From: Promethearchaeota archaeon
Lineage (GTDB): Archaea > Asgardarchaeota > Lokiarchaeia > Sigyniarchaeales > SOKP01
DNA length: 23,215 nucleotides
Assembly: GCA_004524535.1 (NCBI GenBank)
Contig: SDNY01000051.1
Span: 1 to 23,215, forward strand
Direction: 5' to 3'
Below, piece after piece: positions 1 to 8,431 of the stretch (the stretch's first letter is position 1; each line of letters begins with the position of its first letter). The notes under the pieces were generated by a model. The model saw only the letters and a program-made list of their open reading frames with translations, did no database searches and had not been told where the DNA came from. The translations under genes were made by a program, and so were the position numbers.

Positions 1-839
1 CTTGAATCCACCGGTGCACCTATATAGGATGTACCTGGAAATCTTTTATAACTTAAAGTATCTGATAACCATGCTTCGCCAAGATCTGACATGAATTCTA
101 TTACGGGATGGAAAGAGAAAAAATGATGAAAGCCGTAATGTCCTTCTATTATATCCCAAGGACCTTCCAGTCCCTGTTCCGCATATAATGCTGAATGAAT
201 ACCACTTCTTAGAGGGGTTGATGCGGTTAGGAGTTTACATCCTTCCTTCCAGAAACCTGGAACTAAGCAAAAATTTGGTTGATATAACGAAAGTGCCATC
301 GCATTAGCTATCTTTTCCTTGGGTAATTTCTTAACTTTTGCTATTGCTGTCGCAGCTCCTAAATTATGGATATAGCTCCACATTTGACCGTTTAATGGAC
401 CAAAAAAACATGAGAGGGAAAGTCTACCCATTACCTCATTACAAATTGTAGCTGTAACTATTAAATCTTTTAAAGAACCATTTAATTCTTCTAGAAAAGC
501 AAGCGGGGTAATTATTGAACTGTACCCCATATGTCCCATAAGCATATAATCATCAAAATCAAGACTCATTGCATAGGCAGCATTAACAACTGCGGCCTCT
601 TCAGGACCTAATTTCTTTTTTAAAGCAATAACAGTGGATGTTTGTGAACTAGTACTTTTTATTTTTTCAGCATTATATATTTTTAAAGCTTCTGGATGCC
701 AATCCGAGAATTTAATTGCTGTAATAGAATTAATTATCTGTAGCTTAATTTTTTCAACAACTCGAGAAGGAATATCTTCAAATTTAGTCTTTGAAGCGAA
801 TTGAGCAAATCTTTCTATAATAGTTTGTTTTTTTGTCAT
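1..839 (-). CDS. MmgE/PrpD family protein (2-methylcitrate dehydratase-like fold), 3'-truncated by the window edge
   Basis: Not in the ORF track. Manual translation from ATG at 839 is open to position 1: MTKKQTIIERFAQFASKTKFEDIPSRVVEKIKLQIINSI...AAVVNAAYAMSLDFDDYMLMGH...NEVMGRL...GLEGPWDIIEGHYGF...LSYKRFPGTSY. The fedIP..V N-terminus, A..N.....LDFDD...GH, G..GP..IIEG..GF and K..P motifs are typical of MmgE/PrpD. Confidence 0.88.
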   Translation of the reverse strand, partial: MTKKQTIIERFAQFASKTKFEDIPSRVVEKIKLQIINSITAIKFSDWHPEALKIYNAEKIKSTSSQTSTVIALKKKLGPEEAAVVNAAYAMSLDFDDYMLMGHMGYSSIITPLAFLEELNGSLKDLIVTATICNEVMGRLSLSCFFGPLNGQMWSYIHNLGAATAIAKVKKLPKEKIANAMALSLYQPNFCLVPGFWKEGCKLLTASTPLRSGIHSALYAEQGLEGPWDIIEGHYGFHHFFSFHPVIEFMSDLGEAWLSDTLSYKRFPGTSYIGAPVDS

Positions 840-1015
840 ATATCCATACTTGTTATTAATTTTGAATAAATTATAATAATCTTATGATAATATAAGATAA
901 TACAAATAATAAAAGAATTAGCTCTATTATTAATTTAAATGATGAATCTTCAATAATACAATATTTTAAATGCCTCCTTTATCATTTATAACAAAAAGAA
1001 GTATAATTATCAATA

Positions 1016-2743
1016 ATGGTTGTTTCACAGAAAAAGCACACCAAAAAGAAAAAGGAACTAGCACAAAGCGAAGAAAAAATTACAGAATTAGCTAAAATTG
1101 CGTGGGCTAAAACTTTAAAAGAATTTTATTATCCACCATTAAATGAGCCTAATTTTGTCTTTGATTACACTCAAAAAGAGGGTTTTTATATAGATCCCGA
1201 CCATAAATGGCAAATTACTATGAATTTAGCAAATACTCCTTTATTTAGAGATGATAATGAGTATATTGATTATTTTCATAGTATATCGCTTCACGAGGTC
1301 TCGCATTATCAAATAATACCCTATGATGGAATTATTAACGCCAAATTATTAAAAGCTGCGATGAAACGTGTGAACCAAAATTTTGCGCCAATTGTGGTAA
1401 ATGTGTTTGGAGATTTAGTAATAGATTTTAAATTATTTAAAAAATATCCGGATTTAATGTTATGGGAGGCAAAGAAAACCTACGAATTTATTATGAGTAG
1501 TAATAAAAATCAACTTAGTAGATTTACGAAATTCCTTTTCAGAGCCTACGAAAAAATGTGGGATGTAGAAATCTCGCCTGATAACTCTCTTAACGAGATG
1601 GATACTTTAGTAAACAAGGTTATCAATGTAATTTTAAAAGATTTCGAGGACGAAACTAAATGGGAAGAAAAAGTATCAAAGGTAGCTTATCATTTAAGAG
1701 GCTTAATTAATGATACTTTCACTTTAATAGGTCCAGGCGTACGATGTGATAAAGGAAAAACTAAACGGAAAGCCCCTGGAAAAGGCGGAAGTATAGAATT
1801 CCCGGAAGATATTTTAGAACTCATGGATAATCCCTTAGAAAATAAAAACTCAGACAAATTGAAGAGAGATAATGAAGATGAATTAAGACAGAAAGCAGAA
1901 GAATTTGCTAAAGAAACGCCTTATTCTGAGTTTGGAGCCCCTGCCGGGCAAGCTGGTATTCTAATTGATGGAAATCCATTAGCCACTTGGTATCGCGGTT
2001 TAGCAAAAAATCTCATAGAAATTCGAATATTTGAAGAGAAACTAGGGGGCGGACAAGTTCCCATTTGTCCAGAAGTATGGAAAATTGGAGATCCAATTGA
2101 AGAATTAGATGTTGTTCAATCTCTATTGAATTCTCCAGTAATAATTCCCAATATAACAACGCGGAAATGGGTTTTTAAAGAAGGACCCGGACACTTAGAA
2201 GAAAAACAAATCCCAGATCTATTAATTGTCCTGGATTCATCAGGATCAATGGGGTGGAATTATACAGCTAACACAAATAAAGGAAGAGGTGAATATCATA
2301 CTGCGTTAGTAGCCTCCTTCGCAGCACTTCACTTTGCAGTGACTAAAGGTGTTAAATTTAGCGTAATAAACTTTTCAAATCGAGCAGATATATGTCAATG
2401 GACTAACGATTATCAAAAAGCAGAAGGAACTTTGTTAAGATATCAAGGAGGTGGAACTGTTCTTCCGACTAAAGCCCTTATAGCTCAATGTGATAAAGCT
2501 GAAAAAAAAGTTCTAATATTTATTATAACCGATTTTGGCATTTACAATTGGGGTGGTGCTAAAAAAAATATGAATAATTTAGCGAATAATGGTCATAATA
2601 TAGTTGGTTTCTTTATTGGAGCTTCGACTATACCAAAAAATAGATTTAAAGATATGCTTGATAAAGTTACATTTTATCCAATAAAAAATATTAAAGATTT
2701 AATTAATTTGGTAATAGAAGAAGTTAAAAAATATTATTTATGA
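1016..2743 (+). CDS. N-terminal zincin-like metallopeptidase (HExxH) domain fused to a C-terminal von Willebrand factor A domain (DUF2201/MoxR-partner-like architecture)
   Basis: HEVSH at aa 93-97 followed by NVFGDLVID (likely third-ligand region). MIDAS motif LLIVLDSSGSM (D407), then GGGT and IFIITD, typical of vWA domains. Confidence 0.85.
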   Translation: MVVSQKKHTKKKKELAQSEEKITELAKIAWAKTLKEFYYPPLNEPNFVFDYTQKEGFYIDPDHKWQITMNLANTPLFRDDNEYIDYFHSISLHEVSHYQIIPYDGIINAKLLKAAMKRVNQNFAPIVVNVFGDLVIDFKLFKKYPDLMLWEAKKTYEFIMSSNKNQLSRFTKFLFRAYEKMWDVEISPDNSLNEMDTLVNKVINVILKDFEDETKWEEKVSKVAYHLRGLINDTFTLIGPGVRCDKGKTKRKAPGKGGSIEFPEDILELMDNPLENKNSDKLKRDNEDELRQKAEEFAKETPYSEFGAPAGQAGILIDGNPLATWYRGLAKNLIEIRIFEEKLGGGQVPICPEVWKIGDPIEELDVVQSLLNSPVIIPNITTRKWVFKEGPGHLEEKQIPDLLIVLDSSGSMGWNYTANTNKGRGEYHTALVASFAALHFAVTKGVKFSVINFSNRADICQWTNDYQKAEGTLLRYQGGGTVLPTKALIAQCDKAEKKVLIFIITDFGIYNWGGAKKNMNNLANNGHNIVGFFIGASTIPKNRFKDMLDKVTFYPIKNIKDLINLVIEEVKKYYL

Positions 2744-2751
2744 TATCCCTT

Positions 2752-3321
2752 TTACATTAATTTTATTAAGAGATTTTTAATAATATCGTTATTTTCTTCT
2801 TTTATTTGAAAATAATCATAGAAATATTTAGTTAAAAAAATTGTTTCTTCTTTCTCAAAAATTAATTTTAATTTTTTAAGCCTTTCAATATTATTATATA
2901 CAGTTTTTGACCTTCCTCTTTTTGAATACAATTTTTTTAGTGTAGCAGATGGTTGCAAATAAGCAATAACAGCTAGAGTTTTAATTTCGCTTTTTCTGAT
3001 TAAATCGCCTCGAGTAAATTTTTCGATAGAATTGAGTATTGGATCCTTCACCTTCAATTGAAATCTTAAATCCGAAAATTCTACAATTTCAAGAGAAGTT
3101 TTAAATTCTTTATAATCGTTCGCGAGTTCTCGTATTAATTTTAATACATCTTTTTTTTTATTTTTAGGAAATATTTCAAAGATCTCTTCTGAAGACAGAA
3201 TTCTACGAGCCTTAAAAAGTGCGGCTTCAATTCTTCTTTTAATGTTATCTTGAGCAACCCTCTTAAGTCGAACCTTTTCTTCAGTTTCTAATGAATAATG
3301 ATATTCCTTAGGACTGAGCAA
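2752..3321 (-). CDS. scpB: Segregation and condensation protein B (KITE subunit, tandem winged helix)
   Basis: IEAALF, SLEIVE, TLAVIAYLQP, RG and LT..F.DYF motifs of ScpB. 189 aa. TTG start overlaps the smc 3' end by 14 nt. Confidence 0.88.
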   Translation of the reverse strand: MLSPKEYHYSLETEEKVRLKRVAQDNIKRRIEAALFKARRILSSEEIFEIFPKNKKKDVLKLIRELANDYKEFKTSLEIVEFSDLRFQLKVKDPILNSIEKFTRGDLIRKSEIKTLAVIAYLQPSATLKKLYSKRGRSKTVYNNIERLKKLKLIFEKEETIFLTKYFYDYFQIKEENNDIIKNLLIKLM

Positions 3322-6300
3322 TTTGTTCTAACGCCTCTCTGATGTTTAAATTAAGTACTTCTGTTAATCCATGGACATTTGAGACTCCGATTAAATCGTC
3401 TGTTTTTGTCATTGTCACATCACGATGAGTTATTAAAATAAATTGAGATTTCTCTGACAATTCTTTTATCATTGAAGCAACATGGTTAGCATTATTTTCG
3501 TCAAAGGCGGCATCAATTTCGTCCAAAATATAATAGGGAGAAGGTATGGCCATTTGGATTCCCAGGATTAATGCAACCACAGTTAGCGTCTTTTCTCCAC
3601 CGGACATTGATTGAGTCAAACACCATTTCTTTCCTCCGGGTCTTGCAATTATTTTAACACCTCCTGCGAAGGGATCCTCTTGATTCTCTAATTTTAATTT
3701 AGCTTCTCCGCCAGGAGATAATTTTGCAAAAATTTCTTTAAAACGTTCGTTTATCCCATTGAATGTATTAAGAAAAGTATTTTTCTTTTCAAGTTCAATT
3801 CTTTCTATAAATTCTAAAATTGATATTCTTTCATCTACTACAATATCATGTTTCTCAATGAGGTCATCGTATCTCTCTTTAATTTTATCGTATTTTTTTA
3901 TTGCCCTCATATTAACAGGTTCTAATTGATGCTTAATATTGACACATTCCTTTATAATATTAGATAATTTATCTTTAGAAAAAGATAAGAGATTTTGAAT
4001 TTTTTCTAATTCTTCGTTGCCAATTTGATGATTTTCTTCCATCTCATCTTTCTGAGATTTTATATTCTGTAAATTAATTTCTAAAGTGTTTATCTTAATA
4101 TTTTTTGGAACAATCTTTGATTTTAAATCTTCAATTTCAGCCTTGAATTTCGTTTGAGATAATAAAAGCTCTTCCCTTTTTGAATAAAATTGTCCAACAA
4201 CTTCATTTTTCTTTAATAATTCAGATTCCAACTCTTTAATAGTTGTTTCAATATCAACTAATTCTTTTTTAAGAGTTTCGAGCTTAAACGTATTGTCTTT
4301 GATCTCTTCTTGGGAATTATTTATGGTAGATTCTATTTCAGATTCCCGATTATTTATTACATCTTCTAATTGAGTTCTTAGTTTAGTTACCTCTAAATTA
4401 ATGTGCATATAATCTTTTTCTAATTCGTCAATTTTTTTTCTTAAATTGTTGATTTTCTTGGTGAAATCATTATCTTCAAGTAAAGATATCTTAGATTTAA
4501 GTTCATTTTCATCATTCATTAAGTCAGATAAAATTTGATCTATATCCTTTAATTTTAATTGTTCAGTTTGTAATTTTCCCTCAATATTTTTAATTTCGGT
4601 CTTTGTTTCTTCAATTTTAACATTATAATCTTTTAATTCATCTTCCTTTCTTAAAAGATTGTCTTTTAATACTGCTAAATTTTTTCTTACTTCACTTAAT
4701 TCATTATTTGCTGAAATCTTGCTTTTATAACTCAATGCAATTTGCTTATCAATATTCTTTAATTTCTTCAAATAGGAATCTTCTTCTCTTTTTAAGTTAT
4801 TTAACTCTGTTTCTAATTTTGGTATTTTAGATTCCTCCTGTGATATAAAACCTCCTCTCATTGATTGTTTAAATGTGCCACCCGTCATCAAATTCGACAT
4901 TTCTACAACATCCCCGTTTAAAGTTACTTTTCTAGCTTTTATATCTAAGTTCGAAGCAGTGTCAATATCAGAAACCACAATAGTTCTTCCAAAAACGAAT
5001 TCAAAAGCTTTTTTAAACAAACCATCGAATTGAATTAAATCTACAGCTCTTCCAATTATTTTTTCGTTGTTATTTAAATCATAATTGATAAAATTAGTTT
5101 TTATCTTATCTAAAGGTATAAAAGAAGCACGACCAATTTTATTATTCTTAAGAAAATTTATACATTGTTTTGCTGTTGCTTGATTTTCAACTACGATGTA
5201 ATTAAATTTATTCCCGCCTGCTATTTGAAGTGCAGTATTATACTCTTCTCTTGTTTTTCCTAACTGAGCAATAGTGCCATAAATGGTTCCTGAAATTTTG
5301 TGTTTAGAAGATAATTCTCTATCATTCTTCAATCTTAAAATCGCTTCTAATGCCTTGTTTGAAGATAATTTTTGGATTACTTTTATTTTACTCTTAAGAG
5401 ATATTAGTTTCTCATGCTTTTCATTTATTATAGATTGAATTTTTTTTAGTTTTAAATCTAAATTTTGCTTATTACTCTCTAAATCATTTAAACTAATGTT
5501 ATTATCAGGTTTTTCCTTGTAATTCCTTTCTTCCGAATCCAATATCTTTATCTCTTGACTAATATTTTCAATTTCTCCATTGAGCACATCTACTCTCATT
5601 ACTGTATTGCTTAATTTATCATTAGAACTTTCTAATTTACTTGTTAAAACCTTAATTTCAGATTTTATCTCACTTTTTATTTCATTTTTTTCTGCAATAT
5701 CATTTTTTAGAGATTCAAGATTTTCTTGAAAACCTTTATATTTAGAATCAAATTCCTTAGTTTGTTCTTCGCTATGATATAATTCTTCTTTCAACGAGTG
5801 GAGTTTTTCCTTAATTTCCTTTTTCTCTTTCTTCTTGACCATCAAATTATTTTGAATAATTTTCTTGTTTTCTTCAAGGTCCTCTTTTTTTTTAAAAGAA
5901 TCTATTAAATTTTTTTTTAGTTTTAATATTTCTTTTTGAAAATTATCCTTCTGCGTTTCTTTTTTAGCAATATCAGTTTTCAACTTATTTAGATTTAGAG
6001 TTAGTTCTTTCAATTCGTTTGTTTGAAGTTTTTTAATCTCTTCATTGATTTTATCCAATTCAACAGTAATTTTACTCAAATTCTCTCTTTTTTCCAAAAG
6101 ATTATAATTAATTTCTTGAATTTCTTTTATCAAAGTTTCCTTTTTAACGATAAATCTATCAATTTGTTTTTGAAAATCCCTCAATTTTAAAACAATAAGA
6201 GCATTTTCAGCATTTTTTTGCTTTATATCGTAATCTTGATATTTTAAGGCGTCATCTTTTTCTTTTTCTAAGGAATCTAATTGAATTGATAGTTCGTTAA

Positions 6301-6895
6301 GTAAAAGAGTAATTCTAGAGATATTTTCTTCTACTTTAGCTAAATCTTTTTCTGCTTTTTCTTTCTTTTCGTTATACGATGCGATTCCGGAAATATCTTC
6401 AATTAATCCCCTGCGTTCATTGTTGTTCATTGTTATAATTCTAAAGAGTTCTCCTTGCAAAATAAGATTAGACGAGTTAGGTAATAAGCCTGCTAAATCT
6501 AAAATATCTTGTAATTCTCTCCTTGTAATAACTTTATCATTTAAAAAATATTTTCCTTTACCATCAATATATATCTTTCTCGAAACCTTTACTGTATTGC
6601 TTTCAACTGGAATGGGAATGTTTCTGTTAGAATTATCAAAAACCACATCTACCCTTGCATATTTAGAAGGAGTCCCTCCATTACTGCCTCCATTACATAT
6701 TAAGTCTTTTATATTATTTACTCTCATTTTGTTTCCAGATAATTCTCCTATAGCAAATACAAACGCATCTAAGATATTGGATTTCCCACTTCCATTTGAT
6801 CCAACTATTGAAGTAAACCCTTTGCTAAAATTGATTTTAGTCTTTTCCTTAAAGCTTTTAAAGCCTTCACAAATTAAAGATTTTATATACACCAT
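3308..6895 (-). CDS. smc: Chromosome segregation ATPase Smc (condensin-type)
   Basis: N-terminal GFKSF, Walker A GSNGSGKS, Q-loop LILQG, two long coiled-coil arms, central hinge (GRASFIPLD, VFGRTIV, VTLNGD..MTGG), signature MSGGEKT, Walker B YILDEIDAA, H-loop ITH. 1195 aa is canonical length. Confidence 0.97.
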   Translation of the reverse strand: MVYIKSLICEGFKSFKEKTKINFSKGFTSIVGSNGSGKSNILDAFVFAIGELSGNKMRVNNIKDLICNGGSNGGTPSKYARVDVVFDNSNRNIPIPVESNTVKVSRKIYIDGKGKYFLNDKVITRRELQDILDLAGLLPNSSNLILQGELFRIITMNNNERRGLIEDISGIASYNEKKEKAEKDLAKVEENISRITLLLNELSIQLDSLEKEKDDALKYQDYDIKQKNAENALIVLKLRDFQKQIDRFIVKKETLIKEIQEINYNLLEKRENLSKITVELDKINEEIKKLQTNELKELTLNLNKLKTDIAKKETQKDNFQKEILKLKKNLIDSFKKKEDLEENKKIIQNNLMVKKKEKKEIKEKLHSLKEELYHSEEQTKEFDSKYKGFQENLESLKNDIAEKNEIKSEIKSEIKVLTSKLESSNDKLSNTVMRVDVLNGEIENISQEIKILDSEERNYKEKPDNNISLNDLESNKQNLDLKLKKIQSIINEKHEKLISLKSKIKVIQKLSSNKALEAILRLKNDRELSSKHKISGTIYGTIAQLGKTREEYNTALQIAGGNKFNYIVVENQATAKQCINFLKNNKIGRASFIPLDKIKTNFINYDLNNNEKIIGRAVDLIQFDGLFKKAFEFVFGRTIVVSDIDTASNLDIKARKVTLNGDVVEMSNLMTGGTFKQSMRGGFISQEESKIPKLETELNNLKREEDSYLKKLKNIDKQIALSYKSKISANNELSEVRKNLAVLKDNLLRKEDELKDYNVKIEETKTEIKNIEGKLQTEQLKLKDIDQILSDLMNDENELKSKISLLEDNDFTKKINNLRKKIDELEKDYMHINLEVTKLRTQLEDVINNRESEIESTINNSQEEIKDNTFKLETLKKELVDIETTIKELESELLKKNEVVGQFYSKREELLLSQTKFKAEIEDLKSKIVPKNIKINTLEINLQNIKSQKDEMEENHQIGNEELEKIQNLLSFSKDKLSNIIKECVNIKHQLEPVNMRAIKKYDKIKERYDDLIEKHDIVVDERISILEFIERIELEKKNTFLNTFNGINERFKEIFAKLSPGGEAKLKLENQEDPFAGGVKIIARPGGKKWCLTQSMSGGEKTLTVVALILGIQMAIPSPYYILDEIDAAFDENNANHVASMIKELSEKSQFILITHRDVTMTKTDDLIGVSNVHGLTEVLNLNIREALEQIAQS

Positions 6896-7195
6896 TGCTA
6901 AAATAAAAAATTATTTTTTTAAGAGATTTTATGTATTTCTCCAATTATAGCTGAGAAATATCTACATATATCTATCAATAATATAACTATTTCATTTCAA
7001 TTGGAGTAATATTTAGATATTATCTCTCGAATTTATTTGTTAATTAAAAATTTAAGGATTTAAGAATTACAATTAACCTTAGATCGCTTATTACCTAATT
7101 TTTTTAAAAAAATTAAAATATTAAGAAGATTAAATAATATTTGTATCGATTTTCATATATTTATCCTAATAAATTAGAATTTAATACAAATACTC

Positions 7196-7585
7196 ATGTC
7201 AAATAATAGCGATCTTGGTTCGAATGAAGATAGTGGATTAGAAATTAATTTACTTAAGTGGTTGGAACAACTCAAAGAATATAGGAAAACAGAACCGGAA
7301 AAAATAACAACTGAACCAGAAGAAACATCAGATGTTGACTTAAAAGAAATGATTAATGTTGCTGCTTATTTTTTATCACAAAACCAGTTGAGTTATAATG
7401 AATTATGTTGGCTGCTCGCTGAAAAGCAACTTATAATTCAAAAGGGCGATGAAAATGTTTCTCTAAATGATATTCGGAAAAAAGCTGAACAGATATTTCG
7501 CTCATCTTGTACTTACGATGAATTATGCTGGTTGATATCAGAACTTAAAATTTTAACAGAAAAAAAATTATTGGAAATAGGTTAG
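7196..7585 (+). CDS. Hypothetical protein with a duplicated A-x(7)-Y-x-ELCWL-x-[AS]E helical motif (DUF2934-like)
   Basis: Two internal copies: INVAAYFLSQNQLSYNELCWLLAEKQL and IRKKAEQIFRSSCTYDELCWLISELKIL. The AY...W..AE pattern recalls DUF2934 (by eye). Confidence 0.7.
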   Translation: MSNNSDLGSNEDSGLEINLLKWLEQLKEYRKTEPEKITTEPEETSDVDLKEMINVAAYFLSQNQLSYNELCWLLAEKQLIIQKGDENVSLNDIRKKAEQIFRSSCTYDELCWLISELKILTEKKLLEIG

Positions 7586-7637
7586 ATTCAATCAGATTCC
7601 AATATAAAAATAAAAAATTTGATTCATGCAATTTGTT

Positions 7638-8336
7638 TTATTGCATTAATTCCTCTATTTCTTTATCTGAGAGAAATCCTTTAATTTCTATCAATTCTTG
7701 GATTTTTTTTAGAACTTTGGGGGCCTTACTCATCTCTGCTTTTTCAGCCTCAATAGCCTCAATTTTTTTATTCAGATCATCTAACTCATCGTTTTTCTTA
7801 AGAAGGTCCGAATTTATATTTTCAACTTCTTTATCTTTTTGCTTTAAGATGTTTTTAATGTCCTCAATTTCTTTATCTTTTTTGCTTAAATCCGCTATTT
7901 TACTCTTAAGATTTTCTATTTCTTTATCCTTATTTTCTGCTACTTGTTTAAGATCATTTTCCTTGTCCGCAGAGTTTTTTAAGCTGTTTTCTAAATCTGC
8001 TATTTTTTTTTCTGAATCTGCTATTTTTTTTTCTGAATCTGCTATTTTTTTTTCTGAATCCGCTATTTTTTTTTCTGAATCTTTTTCTAAATCTGCTATT
8101 TTATTTTCTAAATCTGCTATTTTTTTTTCTAAATTTGATATTTCATTAGATTTTTCTGATTTAATTTTATCAATTTCTTTATTAGAATCAAGTTTCTGTT
8201 TTTCAATATCCTTTTTTGAACTTGATAATTGTTTTTCTAAATCAGTAATTTTTGCTCTAAGATCTAGTAAGGCTCTTCCATCAACTTTTTGTTTGGCGTC
8301 AGGCTTCTCTTCAATGCGTGACCAATCAATAGTCAT
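7638..8336 (-). CDS. Coiled-coil protein with heptad repeats and small terminal domains
   Basis: K/E-rich heptads over most of its length. ATG at 8336 is preferred over GTG at 8348 because that GTG lies inside an AGGTGG RBS-like motif at 8350-8345. Confidence 0.8.
   Translation of the reverse strand: MTIDWSRIEEKPDAKQKVDGRALLDLRAKITDLEKQLSSSKKDIEKQKLDSNKEIDKIKSEKSNEISNLEKKIADLENKIADLEKDSEKKIADSEKKIADSEKKIADSEKKIADLENSLKNSADKENDLKQVAENKDKEIENLKSKIADLSKKDKEIEDIKNILKQKDKEVENINSDLLKKNDELDDLNKKIEAIEAEKAEMSKAPKVLKKIQELIEIKGFLSDKEIEELMQ
7995..8132 (-). repeat. Intragenic 21-nt tandem repeat encoding [LS]EKKIAD heptads
   Basis: Coding-strand unit TCAGAAAAAAAAATAGCAGAT occurs four times nearly identically (7995-8078). 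It is preceded by LEKKIAD, LENKIAD and a 4-codon partial unit LEKD. Confidence 0.95.
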
Positions 8337-8344
8337 TTTTTTTT

Positions 8345-8350
8345 CCACCT
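8345..8350 (-). promoter_or_regulatory. Shine-Dalgarno-like site (AGGTGG) for the coiled-coil gene
   Basis: Minus strand reads AAAAGGTGGAAAAAAAAATG, matching part of the archaeal GGAGGTGA consensus 8 nt before ATG 8336. Confidence 0.6.
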
Positions 8351-8431
8351 TTTATTAGATTAAATATTTTTATTAATTTGTGTCATTTTATTTAATATTA
8401 AATTAAAATTATATATACAAATTTAAAAAAA

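Noticed and set aside
6420-6950. 176-aa + strand ORF
   Set aside because: Antisense shadow of the smc head domain; no recognisable motifs.
7995-8132. Tandem repeats as a possible CRISPR array
   Set aside because: Units are contiguous without unique spacers, are in frame in a CDS, and no cas genes are present.
7196-8336. Either small gene upstream of smc as a hidden scpA
   Set aside because: Neither shows the kleisin N-terminal helical motif or the C-terminal winged helix with the F...L.L pattern.
7633-8358. 241-aa + strand F/S-rich ORF with SAIFFSE repeats that looks hydrophobic
   Set aside because: Mirror of the K/E-rich coiled-coil gene; AAA/GAA codons read as Phe/Ser on the other strand and rarely give stops.
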